A stretch of DNA of 63,080 nucleotides, filler included, from Octopus bimaculoides (GCF_001194135.2; 6 parts of 5 records of this genome joined end to end with filler, not necessarily neighbours in it); one strand, 5' to 3'; shown: positions 49,291-61,890, counted from the whole stretch's first letter. A program made the numbers and translations. The notes: generated by a model from the letters alone, not told the origin.

Positions 49291-50263
49291 NNNNNNNNNN
49301 NNNNNNNNNNNNNNNNNNNNNNNNNNNNNNNNNNNNNNNNNNNNNNNNNNNNNNNNNNNNNNNNNNNNNNNNNNNNNNNNNNNNNNNNNNNNNNNNNNNN
49401 NNNNNNNNNNNNNNNNNNNNNNNNNNNNNNNNNNNNNNNNNNNNNNNNNNNNNNNNNNNNNNNNNNNNNNNNNNNNNNNNNNNNNNNNNNNNNNNNNNNN
49501 NNNNNNNNNNNNNNNNNNNNNNNNNNNNNNNNNNNNNNNNNNNNNNNNNNNNNNNNNNNNNNNNNNNNNNNNNNNNNNNNNNNNNNNNNNNNNNNNNNNN
49601 NNNNNNNNNNNNNNNNNNNNNNNNNNNNNNNNNNNNNNNNNNNNNNNNNNNNNNNNNNNNNNNNNNNNNNNNNNNNNNNNNNNNNNNNNNNNNNNNNNNN
49701 NNNNNNNNNNNNNNNNNNNNNNNNNNNNNNNNNNNNNNNNNNNNNNNNNNNNNNNNNNNNNNNNNNNNNNNNNNNNNNNNNNNNNNNNNNNNNNNNNNNN
49801 NNNNNNNNNNNNNNNNNNNNNNNNNNNNNNNNNNNNNNNNNNNNNNNNNNNNNNNNNNNNNNNNNNNNNNNNNNNNNNNNNNNNNNNNNNNNNNNNNNNN
49901 NNNNNNNNNNNNNNNNNNNNNNNNNNNNNNNNNNNNNNNNNNNNNNNNNNNNNNNNNNNNNNNNNNNNNNNNNNNNNNNNNNNNNNNNNNNNNNNNNNNN
50001 NNNNNNNNNNNNNNNNNNNNNNNNNNNNNNNNNNNNNNNNNNNNNNNNNNNNNNNNNNNNNNNNNNNNNNNNNNNNNNNNNNNNNNNNNNNNNNNNNNNN
50101 NNNNNNNNNNNNNNNNNNNNNNNNNNNNNNNNNNNNNNNNNNNNNNNNNNNNNNNNNNNNNNNNNNNNNNNNNNNNNNNNNNNNNNNNNNNNNNNNNNNN
50201 NNNNNNNNNATATATATATATATATACACCACATACAGCATTTGCACAAAAAGTCATTCATAA

Positions 50264-50545
50264 CAAAGTAAAAAGTAAAAGAGTAAAAAAGAAGAGTAAG
50301 TACGGTTAGGCAGCTTTTTAATCGCTAAAAATATTTCGATACATACAGATCCTCGTATATACAGGATTTAAAGTTAAGTTTAATTTAAATTATGTAACGA
50401 TTTACCTGTATAAGAAGGTCTGTACGTATCTCCTCAGGCGACTCAGCTGCGGTCTCTATGTAAATTTAGATTTCCATGCTACAATATCCATGGCTTCTTC
50501 TTTGAAATTTACTCTTCCTTTTGACTCTTTTACTTTTTACTTTTT
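50264..50545. mobile_element. Imperfect fold-back element
   Basis: AAAGTAAAAAGTAAAAGAGT..AAAAGAAGAGTAA / TTACTCTTCCTTTTGACTCTTTTACTTTTTACTTT outer arms; inner arms GATACATACAGA..TATACAGG / CCTGTATA..TCTGTACGTATC. Confidence 0.65.
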
Positions 50546-51904
50546 ATCTTCACTCACGAGGAATACCTAAGACTAGAATTGGTAGCATACCATAAGAATA
50601 CTACCGGCTATTTGGGAAATTCTAAGGCTCAGCGAGCTCTATTTGTACTCTTATATGTTCTTAACAGAACACACCTCAACTATATATATATATATATATA
50701 TACCAAATTCACTCAAACGGCATTGGTAGACCTGGGTTTAGCGCAGAAGGCACATGCCCAAGATGCCGCACAGTAGGACTGAACTTGTTACTATTTGGCT
50801 GCAGAAGGAGCTTCTTAATCACCCAGCCATACCTGCGCCTATTTATGTATTTTTATGGATGCTTCATTACTAAAAGCTACTAAAATATATAAGTGAGCAT
50901 ATCAATAGGAATATTAATCGATCTCTACGTTATTAGTGTTTGTAACTTCAATAACATCATTGACTCCCGTAAAGTAAAAGCTCCATTTAAAGTATTTGTT
51001 AATTCAAAATAATTCACTTATGGCGATGAAAAGGTGTTTTGGAAAAATTATTATTGCAATAAAAATTTTTCCAAAACACCTTTCCATAACAACCAACCAT
51101 ATAAACCTAATTACCACCCACACTCAAAGATGATTTTAACTTAGCAGAGACTAACTTTAATGCATTGCAGTCTGTCGATACCATGTCGTAGCTGGTCGAA
51201 ACTTCGAAATTACAGTCAAGAATATTCTTATTAGGTTAGTTTCACTTCTAAAGGTAAAATTCACCGCAGTTACCGTGGAGAAAATATTATCTGTTATGAT
51301 AAGAGGTGTAAAAACACCATATCTACCCACTGCTTCCCCCTATCGGATCTCCAGACGCGCGTCTGGCTCTCTAGCCTTCTCCAATGGAAAATACCGAATA
51401 GAGATAACCCTGGCTAGATTCGAAGCCGTAGTTTTAACTAAAAAACTATCAATATCAGTAGCTGAGCTGAGTTGTTCGGGATAAAGATAGCAAACATTAG
51501 CATTAAGCAGTGATTAGAAATAGACAAACTCTAGATGAGTGAAAATATGTCTGTGACATATTTTGACTTCTAAACGCGGATTCACTCCATATATTTGAAA
51601 AATTCCCTGGACTTCAATTAAAATTCCTTGGGCTTCCCTACTGGCCTTACTTTTCCCGTCTAAATGGTTTAGCAAAGATCTAAATAAGTTAAAGATTGAT
51701 TTAGCAACGTCTGGAGAGTAACAAGATTGAGACTTTTTTCCATATCCAAACGATTCCAGAACATATTCAGGAAGAGAAACCTTTCCACTGTAGTGTTATT
51801 AAGACAGATTTTCTATCCGAAGTAGTTTTGAAATGGTGATTATAGTACTAGTGCACTAGTAGACTATATATAAATATGCAAGCAGAAATATATAAATGTA
51901 TATG

Positions 51905-51995
<91 letters not shown>

Positions 51996-52343
51996 GAGAA
52001 TTTACGAACAAAACAACAACAGACGAGGACAGGTGGTGTAAACAACAAAAGGATGTATTAGTTTAACGCTCGGGAATAGAGAAAGTCTTTAACGTTTCGA
52101 GCCGCACTTCAACAGAAAGAAATAAGGAGAAAAACAAGGAGAAAAACAAGGAGAGACAAAAAATAAATGTAGTGGTCAGCGATCTATATACACACATATA
52201 TATTCGTTTATATTTATATAAAGGGCATTATTACAGAAAATAATAACGCCACACAGTGGACTTCTCAAAATAACCACATTTAGTACCTAATGCGAGGAAA
52301 AACAACCAACAGAAGACGACCAACTTTCTTTTAAATAAACTTA

Positions 52344-52405
52344 ACTGTGTATCGGCCGATTTCGCGATTACTAGAATGAATCTAGATTTCGTTCATCAGC
52401 ACAGT
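52344..52405 (-). ncRNA. Minimal type-I hammerhead ribozyme motif
   Basis: Minus: ACTGTG-CTGATGA(52399-93)-ACGA aat CTAG attcatt CTAG taa TCGC-GAAA-TCGGCCGA-TA|CACAGT; perfect 6-bp stem I, palindromic stem III, AUA triplet. Confidence 0.78.
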
Positions 52406-52599
52406 ATTGTCCCAAAAATATATACAAATAGACAGAATTCTCACCTCACCGAATAATTATATTCTTGGGAATAGAAATTTNNNNNNNNNNNNNNNNNNNN
52501 NNNNNNNNNNNNNNNNNNNNNNNNTTAATTAATTAANNNNNNNNNNNNNNNNNNNNNNNNNNNNNNNNNNNNNNNNNNNNTATATATATATGAAGGACT

Positions 52600-52880
52600 C
52601 TCCCGTCGAAGACGACGTTTGAGCATTTAGCTTTTGCTGAATGACCTGCACAGATGATTTGTTTATCGTGATCAAATGCTCGCACATTAGCTCGCTTTCT
52701 CCATTAAATCGATATTGCCTGAACAGGTGCTCTGTGTACCACGCGTCAGGTGTCGAAGTGATTGCAAAGCAACGTGAAATGAAGTGTTTTGATCAAGAAC
52801 ACGACGCACAACCCAGTCCAGGAACTGAAACCTGGATCGCTAGATTGCGAGTGCTACGCAATAACCCCTAGGCAATGCGC
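52600..52880 (-). mobile_element. Diverged tRNA-derived SINE
   Basis: Minus head GGCGCATTGCCTAGGGGTTATTGCG...GGTTTCAGTTCCTGGACTGGG..GTGTTCTTGATCAAAACACTTCATTTCACGTTGC. Confidence 0.6.
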
Positions 52881-52995
52881 CCAATCTCACTCTTTCTCTT
52901 TCTTTGCCTGTCTGTCTGTCTCTCTATCCCTCTGTATCCCTTACTATCTTCCTCTCTCTTTACCATTCTCTCTCTCCCTCTCTCTATCTGTCACT

Positions 52996-53056
<61 letters not shown>

Positions 53057-53058
<2 letters not shown>

Positions 53059-53285
53059 GGCGAGCTGGCAGAAACGTTAGCGCACCGGGCGAAATGCTTA
53101 ACGATATTTCGTCTGCCGCTACGTTCTGAGTTCAAATTCCGCCGAGGTCGACTTTGCCTTTCATCCTTTCGGGGTCGATTAAATAAGTACCAGTTACGCA
53201 CCAGTGCGTAATCGACTTAATCCGTGTTTGTCTGTCCTTATTTGTCCCCTCTGTGTGTAGCCCCTTGTGGGTAGTAAAGAAATAA
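53057..53285 (+). mobile_element. SINE family A, full length
   Basis: GCGGCGAGCTGGCAGAAACGTTAGC...GTTCAAATTCCGCCGAGGTCGAC...GTGGGTAGTAAAGAAATA. Confidence 0.9.
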
Positions 53286-53304
53286 CAGACGCACATATAC
53301 ATAA

Positions 53305-54173
53305 CAGGTCATCCCATAGGTTCTGTCCGATTTTATGTTTTATAAAGTTGAATGAAATTTAATAGTACTTTAGAATGTCTAATGGAATTAAAAATTATTT
53401 TTATGCATTTGTGTACATTTTAACTAATTAAATATTATTTTACAGAATAATAGAATTAAAATTTCTTTGATTAGAGCCCTTTCTAACATGGAGGTATCCA
53501 AAGAGCATTTTCGGTACATAATGCTTTACGAGTACAAAAAAGGAAACTCTGCAACCGAAGCGACTCGAAACATACACTCAGTTTATGGGAAGGAATGCTT
53601 GAATATAAGAACATGTAGAAGATTGTTTGCAAAATTCTGAAGTGGAGATTTCAGCCTTGAAGATGATGATGGAACAAGACGTCCAGTTGAGTTTGATGAT
53701 AATTCCTTGAGGCATTACTTGAAGAAAATCCTGCATTATCAGTTGAAGAATTGGCAAGAAAGCTTAATTCAAACCATACAACTGTTCATCGTCATCTTCA
53801 ACGACTTGGAAAGGTTCCTAAACTTGGGAAATGGGTGCCTCATGAATTGTCTGAAAGCAACCGCAAATCCTAAGTTGACATCTGCTCTTCTCTCCATTCT
53901 CACGAACTCATTTCACTCTTTTTGGATAGACTTGTGACTGGTAACAAAAAATGGACCTTCTATCAAAATGTTAAATATTGTAAACAGTGACTTGGTAAAA
54001 GGGAAAAAGCTCAACCACAACCAGGAAGGGAACTTCATAGAAAAATGGTTCTTCTCTCTATCTGGTGGGATTGCAAATCAGTAATTCACTTTGAATTGTT
54101 ACCACCTAATGCAACATTCAATGTTCAAGTCTACTGTCAGCAATTAGAGCATTTGAACCAAGCTTTGAAGAAA
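53305..54173 (+). mobile_element. Mariner transposon with a disrupted transposase (ATG at 53488), cut by a gap
   Basis: MEVSKEHFRYIMLYEYKKGNSATEATRNI...GDFSLED...KLGKWVPHELSE (WVPHEL motif)...VTG.KKW..Y.N...KMVLLSIWWDCKSVIHFELL..N.T.N...YCQQL; stops and frameshifts present. Confidence 0.92.
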
Positions 54174-54183
54174 NNNNNNNNNN

Positions 54184-56830
54184 CGATGCTATTTCTTGCA
54201 TTCAGCTCTTTCTTGAGTATTACTCTTACCCTGTGATAACATTTTTTTGTGATCCTTTCCCTCAACAATGAATATTTGATTCCGTCCCCTTCAAATACCC
54301 CTAGGTATTTGTATCTCTCCGCTGGTTCTAACTCATTTATGACATTCTGCTAGTCAAGGTTAACGTTAGATGTTTCTGTCATTTTTCCTTTGATAAAGGT
54401 AGCTTTTGCACATTTATCGAGGCCAAATTGTATCCTGGAGGCCAAATGTCATCACTGGATTGCTTAACAATCGCTAGTAAGGCCTGTAGTCGTTGGTTAT
54501 TTTTTTTATTTTTTGAAAAAAAAAAGTGCTTTAAATCATCTATGTAAATGAGATGATTTATATTTTTATTAAACATTTTATAACCGTACTGTACATCATT
54601 CAGCATTTTCGAGAGAGGTATTAAGGCTAGACAATAGAGGAGTGGTGATAGAGAGTCACCCTGGAAAATGTCATATGAAATTTTTACATCTCCAGCATTA
54701 AGAGATTCATTGTCACTGTTCAAAGTCAGTGTGGTTCTCCATGATCTCATACTTATAGGCAAAAAGTTTCGCATAGTAGGTGCTATTTTATACATTTCCA
54801 GACATTTCTTAATCCAGCTATGCGGTAGACTATCAAAAGGTTTTTATAGTCTATCCACAAGTTTGCGTGTCGTTTGTAACAATCTTCCAAGATCATCCTA
54901 TTGCTGAGTAGCTGATCTTTACAACCATAGGACCCACCTTTACATCCTTTTTTGCTCATTAGGGAATATGCCACTTTCTATGTAAAGGCTATAAGTATAT
55001 TCAGTCAAGACAGATATTAGCGTTTTATACATTGTTGTTAAGCAGGTTGTGGGTCTGTAAGTTTTTGATTCATTTTGTTCTTCATTTGTTTTTGGAAGGA
55101 GGAATGTCATACTATTTGCTAGCCAAGAAAGAATCATACTAGATTATTGTAAAACAGTGTTGTAAAGTTTTGATAGCAATTCATGGCTCTCTGGGCAGAC
55201 ATTCAACCAGAATTTAGGAATCTTATCCTTTCTTAGAGACATCCATTTGCTTGACTTCCTGAGTGCAGATCTTACATCCCTTATCTTTATACCCCACCCC
55301 ACTTTTGCTCTTCTAAGGTGTCTAAGTCTATACATATTCTATCAATCTAAGGGGCCTTTTCATTGTGTGTTTGTTCTTTTCCCAAATTTTATTCTAAAAT
55401 TCCTGCACTTCTTCATTTGATGGGACAGACTTTACTGTAACTGGTATTTTCCCTATCTTTCTGTAAAAGTTTTCGGGGTTATTTTTAAACATTTTGTTGT
55501 ACTTGAAGAATCTAACGCACTTTTCATACCTTACTATGCGGGAAGCTTTAGCGCATACCTTTTGCTTAATGGTTTCTATAGTGGTATCAATGTCAAATAT
55601 GGTTTTCATATGTTTTTCTTTAATTTTCGGGTTTTGTAGATTTGATAGTCTTCTCAAAGTTAAGGTTTTTTAAACATTCTATGTCAGACCTAAGTAGCTG
55701 AATTTGGTGTTGCCAAGAAGGTTATTTTGTGAGAAAGTTGTCGTTTTCTAATCTTTTCACCACATAGAATCGTTGACATTTTGTCGGATGTATAGTACAG
55801 GTGGTTGAGATTTGTAATGTCAACATCATTAGCTGAAATTATATCCTTAGGTGCAAGCCGGATTTTACCAATTATTATCAGGTTTTGGTGAGAATTGCCA
55901 ATTTTTAGGAGAGTGCCGCGTTCATTCATACTGGTTTCTTTAATTTTCAGCCATTCAATCATGATTTGATATTTTTAGATCATGTAGTTCAGTTTGATCA
56001 ATTTCTGTGTGACTTTCTTCATCTATTTGATTTTTATCTGCCTTAGTGTTTATGGTTGGTTCAGAGAGTATTTCACTTTGCCTATCAGGTAATCATTATT
56101 GCATTTTCATCAGCCTTGGGTTGGTCTATAATTATATCCTCTGTAGTATCTTCTTTAGCTGCAACTTCGTTCCTTTTATCCCTTATTGATTGTTTAATTT
56201 GGTCAATCTCTACTTCAGATCGTAATTTCTTTTTCATAGTGTTTCTTCTGACGTTGGCAAGTTTATTACTGTCTATGTAGGGTCTTACTTCAAGGTGTTT
56301 TTGTTTCCAGTTGAAGTAAGTTTGTACAGTATTAGATTTATATGTGCAGAAATATACGACATGGTAGAAGGCCGTAAGAACTTCTTTATTATCTCCCCTA
56401 GACCATTTTTCATTCTTTTTCCTTTTGGTTATTTGATGACTAACACGGATGTCCATCTGTTGGAATATTCTGGTTGTGGGGTACTTCCAACTCCTGTGTG
56501 TTGATTTTTCGTATCGAATCTGGTTTATCATTCGAGTACGTGCCCCTTTGTGTTCCGGTCGGCGACTAACCCAGTTTGTATTTTGCCTTGTTGTCATTGA
56601 GGCATGACAAGCTTGGACGATGACATTAGGGGACGGATCTGTCTGTTTAGGGTTAATTTTTTTGAGACAACACCGTCTCCAAGTTCTCTGCATGTAAATA
56701 TTGCTCGTAACGTAACTTCTTAAGGCTACCAGATCTGTATTCGTCTGTATTTTTTTGTTGATAAATTTATCTCCGAGCATAGATTTTGTGGTCTTTTTAA
56801 ACTTATGAATTATTCACTCCGTGTTAGTTC
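54184..56830 (-). mobile_element. R4/Dong-type non-LTR retrotransposon, decayed and 3'-truncated
   Basis: Fragments KWSRGDNKEV, KIPKFWL, TFLLPK....KTYRPTTCLTTMYK, QKGCKGGSYGCKDQLL, IFQGDSLSPLLYCLALIPLS, NHLIYIDDLK, YKYLG. Confidence 0.85.
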
Positions 56831-58249
56831 AAAAAATTTTTTTAAATAGTTTTATTTTTGTTCTTTTTGTTTTCGCTTCCTTTGTGACACATGTTATCAG
56901 ATGCAGAAATGAGTGTCCTGTAAATTTCACGTAAACATTGAGATGTATGTGTAGTCCTATGAGCACCAACAATGCATATATGATTTATGTGGACATTCTA
57001 GTGTATGCGTAATTACTCAATTTATGTANNNNNNNNNNNNNNNNNNNNNNNNNNNNNNNNNNNNNNNNNNNNTTAATTAATTAANNNNNNNNNNNNNNNN
57101 NNNNNNNNNNNNNNNNNNNNNNNNNNNNCGATAAACTTTTACCAATTTTGAAGTTTGTTGACATGGCGAAGTCAAATCCGTGCGTACGTGCATGAGGGAG
57201 AGAGAGAGAGAAAGAAACACTGTGTTTGTGACAAGGGGAGATACTGAGTGTTTGCTCGCGTCTAACAAAAAAATTCAACAAAAAGTGGGAAAGGGAAACA
57301 AAGCATCTCAGGAAAAAAAATTTCTCTAACAAAAACCAAAAATAAAGGAACGAAAAAGTGGAAGAGGGAGACAAAGCGTTTAACGAAACAAAATGTAGGT
57401 AACGAAAACAGAGTAAGTGTAAAATGTAAAATGCTTTTTTTTTTCTTAAACATGAGATATAGTTTAAAATATAAGATGTTTTTGAAAGACACTATATTCT
57501 CTAATGAGATTATATATACTTTCTCACACAACAATTAAAATATATTTATTTTATATCATTTATTTATTTTAAATCGTTCATCTTTCTCCCACCTCTCACA
57601 CACATGCCCATATACTACTTTTGGAGCGAAAGAGTTTTGTTTATATTTCACAACAACTATGAAACAAAAAGGTANNNNNNNNNNNNNNNNNNNNNNNNNN
57701 NNNNNNNNNNNNNNNNNNNNNNNNNNNNNNNNNNNNNNNNNNNNNNNNNNNNNNNNNNNNNNNNNNNNNNNNNNNNNNNNNNNNNNNNNNNNNNNNNNNN
57801 NNNNNNNNNNNNNNNNNNNNNNNNNNNNNNNNNNNNNNNNNNNNNNNNNNNNNNNNNNNNNNNNNNNNNNNNNNNNNNNNNNNNNNNNNNNNNNNNNNNN
57901 NNNNNNNNNNNNNNNNNNNNNNNNNNNNNNNNNNNNNNNNNNNNNNNNNNNNNNNNNNNNNNNNNNNNNNNNNNNNNNNNNNNNNNNNNNNNNNNNNNNN
58001 NNNNNNNNNNNNNNNNNNNNNNNNNNNNNNNNNNNNNNNNNNNNNNNNNNNNNNNNNNNNNNNNNNNNNNNNNNNNNNNNNNNNNNNNNNNNNNNNNNNN
58101 NNNNNNNNNNNNNNNNNNNNNNNNNNNNNNNNNNNNNNNNNNNNNNNNNNNNNNNNNNNNNNNNNNNNNNNNNNNNNNNNNNNNNNNNNNNNNNNNNNNN
58201 NNNNNNNNNNNNNNNNNNNNNNNNNNNNNNNNNNNNNNNNNNNNNNNNC

Positions 58250-59033
58250 CTCCTTAACCTGCTTCCTCCATCTGTGGCGATGACAGGCATTGTTCTCCCA
58301 GTCAGTGTCCTGCATATCACAAGCCTTTAATGAGGACTTGACACAGTCCTTAAAGTGCAGCCTTGGTTTCTGCCAGAGTCTCCTTCCATTCACAAGTTCT
58401 CCATAGAGCATCTGCTTAGGAATCCTGCTATCCTTCATTCTAATAACATGTCCAGTCCAGCGTAACCGGTGCTTGTGCACCATCGCTTCAATACTCAAGA
58501 TATCAGCTGTCCTCAGGATCTGTGTGTCTGGAATCCTTGAGGTCCAGCAAACATTGAGAATGTGCCTGAGACATCTCTGATGAAAGCGTTCAAGGACCCT
58601 TACCTGACATTTGTACAGAGTCCGTGTTTCACACGAGTAGAGGAGCGATGTTAGTACACAAGCACGGTACTCAGCAACTTTTGTTTGCCTTGCTACGCCA
58701 TGCTGGGACCAGACACGAGACTGAAGAGACCGGAAGGAATTAGTTGCTCTTTGCAACCTGAAACATATTTCCTCATCCAGTGAGCAAGAATGGCTGAGTG
58801 TGCTGCCTAGGTAGACAAACTTGTCTACTACCTTCAGAATTGTTCCTTCAACCAAGATAGCTGGTTTCACATATGGATTTCCTGGTGCAGGGTGGAACAT
58901 TACAACAGTCTTGTCCAGGCTAATGCCAAGTCCAAATGCCTTGCAAGAAGCAAAAATGCAATTCATGAGTATTTGCATGTCATCCACTGTATGAGTGACT
59001 AAGTCACAGTCATCTGCATAAGTCCCGGGGTCG
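58250..59033 (-). mobile_element. RTE (BovB-like) LINE 3' portion, between gaps
   Basis: Stop-free YADD...TVV...VDKFVYLGS...LLYSCET..Y......LERFHQRCLRHIL...W...I...L......IEAM....RLRWTGHVIRM.D.RIPKQMLYGEL..G.R. Confidence 0.93.
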
Positions 59034-59957
59034 NNNNNNNNNNNNNNNNNNNNNNNNNNNNNNNNNNNNNNNNNNNNNNNNNNNNNNNNNNNNNNNNNNN
59101 NNNNNNNNNNNNNNNNNNNNNNNNNNNNNNNNNNNNNNNNNNNNNNNNNNNNNNNNNNNNNNNNNNNNNNNNNNNNNNNNNNNNNNNNNNNNNNNNNNNN
59201 NNNNNNNNNNNNNNNNNNNNNNNNNNNNNNNNNNNNNNNNNNNNNNNNNNNNNNNNNNNNNNNNNNNNNNNNNNNNNNNNNNNNNNNNNNNNNNNNNNNN
59301 NNNNNNNNNNNNNNNNNNNNNNNNNNNNNNNNNNNNNNNNNNNNNNNNNNNNNNNNNNNNNNNNNNNNNNNNNNNNNNNNNNNNNNNNNNNNNNNNNNNN
59401 NNNNNNNNNNNNNNNNNNNNNNNNNNNNNNNNNNNNNNNNNNNNNNNNNNNNNNNNNNNNNNNNNNNNNNNNNNNNNNNNNNNNNNNNNNNNNNNNNNNN
59501 NNNNNNNNNNNNNNNNNNNNNNNNNNNNNNNNNNNNNNNNNNNNNNNNNNNNNNNNNNNNNNNNNNNNNNNNNNNNNNNNNNNNNNNNNNNNNNNNNNNN
59601 NNNNNNNNNNNNNNNNNNNNNNNNNNNNNNNNNNNNNNNNNNNNNNNNNNNNNNNNNNNNNNNNNNNNNNNNNNNNNNNNNNNNNNNNNNNNNNNNNNNN
59701 NNNNNNNNNNNNNNNNNNNNNNNNNNNNNNNNNNNNNNNNNNNNNNNNNNNNNNNNNNNNNNNNNNNNNNNNNNNNNNNNNNNNNNNNNNNNNNNNNNNN
59801 NNNNNNNNNNNNNNNNNNNNNNNNNNNNNNNNNNNNNNNNNNNNNNNNNNNNNNNNNNNNNNNNNNNNNNNNNNNNNNNNNNNNNNNNNNNNNNNNNNNN
59901 NNNNNNNNNNNNNNNNNNNNNNNNNNNNNNNNNNNNNNNNNNNNNNNNNNNNNNNNN

Positions 59958-59993
<36 letters not shown>

Positions 59994-60529
59994 CAATAAT
60001 ATTGCTTAAAACAATAGATGAGAGGACTTAGCATTAAAAATTACCCCTCCCCAAATAGCAGCACAATTCTTAATACCCACTACTAGAAGGACCTTATCTT
60101 CTCCATAGGAAAAAATAATGGAGTACCTCATCACAAATTTTAAAAAGTTGGCATATTATCATTATTGTTTTTGTTATTATTGTTATTAGTATATCAATGC
60201 TGCATTAAAATAAAAAATAAAAATTCTACAACAGTATATAGCTATACTAGAGTATCCACAACATACATATGTATATCAAAATACACAGATGCATACAAAC
60301 AGACAATATACGCATATAGGTATATAATTGTAAGACATAAATATATGCACGAATACGCATGTATAGACATACACATATGCACGCAATCATGCTCGCGTAT
60401 GAAAATTATTTAGCGTTGGAACAGGCAAGTGTATCTTATACTTATAGAGGGGGGAAGTAAGGGTTGGTAAGAGTAACGTATAGATAAAGGACGTTACTAA
60501 TGTAGAAAGGGAGAAAGTGTGGTTTTCGT

Positions 60530-60710
60530 GAGGAAAGAAAGGAAGAAAGAAGGAGAGAAAGAAGGGAAGAAAGAAGTAGAGAAAGAGAGAAAGAAAGAAG
60601 GAGAGAAAGAAGGGAAGAAAGAAGTAGAGAAAGAGAGAAAGAAAGAAAGAAGGAGAGAAAGAAGGGAAGAAAGAAGTAGAGAAAGAGAGAAAGAAAGAAA
60701 GAAAGAAGTG
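60530..60710 (+). repeat. Purine-rich minisatellite (about 44-48-bp units)
   Basis: AAGAAGGAGAGAAAGAAGGGAAGAAAGAAGTAGAGAAAGAGAGAAAG x3. Confidence 0.85.
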
Positions 60711-61689
60711 TAGCATATATAACAAACATACACAAAATTGGATTACGTATATATCATCATCATCATCATCATCGTTTAACGTCCGCTTTCCATGCTAGCA
60801 TGGGTTGGACGATTTGACTGAGGACTGGTGAAACCGGATGGCAACACCAGGCTCCAGTCTGATTTGGCAGAGTTTCTACAGCTGGATGCCCTTCCTAACG
60901 CCAACCACTCAGAGAGTGTAGTGGGTGCTTTTACGTGTCACCCGCACGAAATGGTGTCTTTTATGTGCCACCCGCACAAGCCAGTCCAGGGGCACTGGCA
61001 ACGATCTCGCTCGAAAATCCTACAGGAGCCAGTCAGGCGGTACTGGCAACGGCCACGCTGTATACAAAAAGGTATATTAGCATCACGTATACAGATACAT
61101 AGGGATATGTATGCGAATACACACATGTATGTGTATAAGCCTGAGCACACATTCTCATATGTAACATAGACGCAGACACACGAATATATGTATGTGTAAA
61201 TGTAAGCATAAACACTTACCCATGCATATACAAAAACGCACACACACAAAACCATGTATGTATGTGCACAAGTGTAAACATAGGCTCTGTACATGAGCAT
61301 AGATGCACATATACGAATACATATGCATTGTTACAATACAGACATCCACAAAAAACTTTTAGGTCTTAACGTATATATGCAGACAACTTTTTAAAGTAAT
61401 TGCTGAATGTGTAATAGCGAAAATTAGGCAAAAATACATTGATAATAGAATCCCAAATATTGAACCATCCATAAAAACGGTTAAATTTGTTTACAAAATA
61501 TTTTTAAAAGAGAGTAAAATAAAAACAAGAAAACTATGCATGTAACAGTCGAAGGCTTTCTTAAAAAGACGTAGAGATCTATACAATATTCTTGCAATGC
61601 GAAGTAAAAGCTGGTACATATCCAATAGTGAGATTGCAAATTGATTTCAAGGAGTTTGCAAACCGGTTTCACTCCTTGAAACCAGTTTG

Positions 61690-61890
61690 CAAACTGGTGA
61701 GGATGAAATTAATCTGGCTAGTAGAGTTACCTGATTGATAGGTTATCAGGTGGCTGTTTGGCTTCCTGAAGTTAGTGTTGCAGATTAAAAGGTTGCTTGC
61801 ATCACAGAACTCCAGTAGCCTGGTTCCCTCTGTACACCAGTGAAGATACCGGATTGCCGTCTGACATGCCCATTAAAATCTGCAGCTGCA
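61690..61890 (-). mobile_element. RTE-type AP-endonuclease remnant
   Basis: AADFNGHVRRQSGIFTGVQREPGYW matches GDFNGHVG.....GVHG..G.G. Confidence 0.55.

Noticed and set aside
49159-50309. Long ORF-track ORFs of 200-800 aa spanning gaps (also 3627-4403, 33642-34308, 57556-60034)
   Set aside because: Their length comes from N-runs and (TA)n; only the RTE segment at 58250-59033 is real coding sequence.
23026-53285. tRNA-like heads considered as tRNA genes
   Set aside because: They continue into shared SINE bodies and tails and lack complete cloverleaf arms.
16590-57084. TTAATTAATTAA islands in the middle of N-gaps (16590, 22039, 28572, 52525, 57073)
   Set aside because: An identical 12-mer with stops in all six frames, always centred in N-runs: an assembly/scaffolding linker, not biology.
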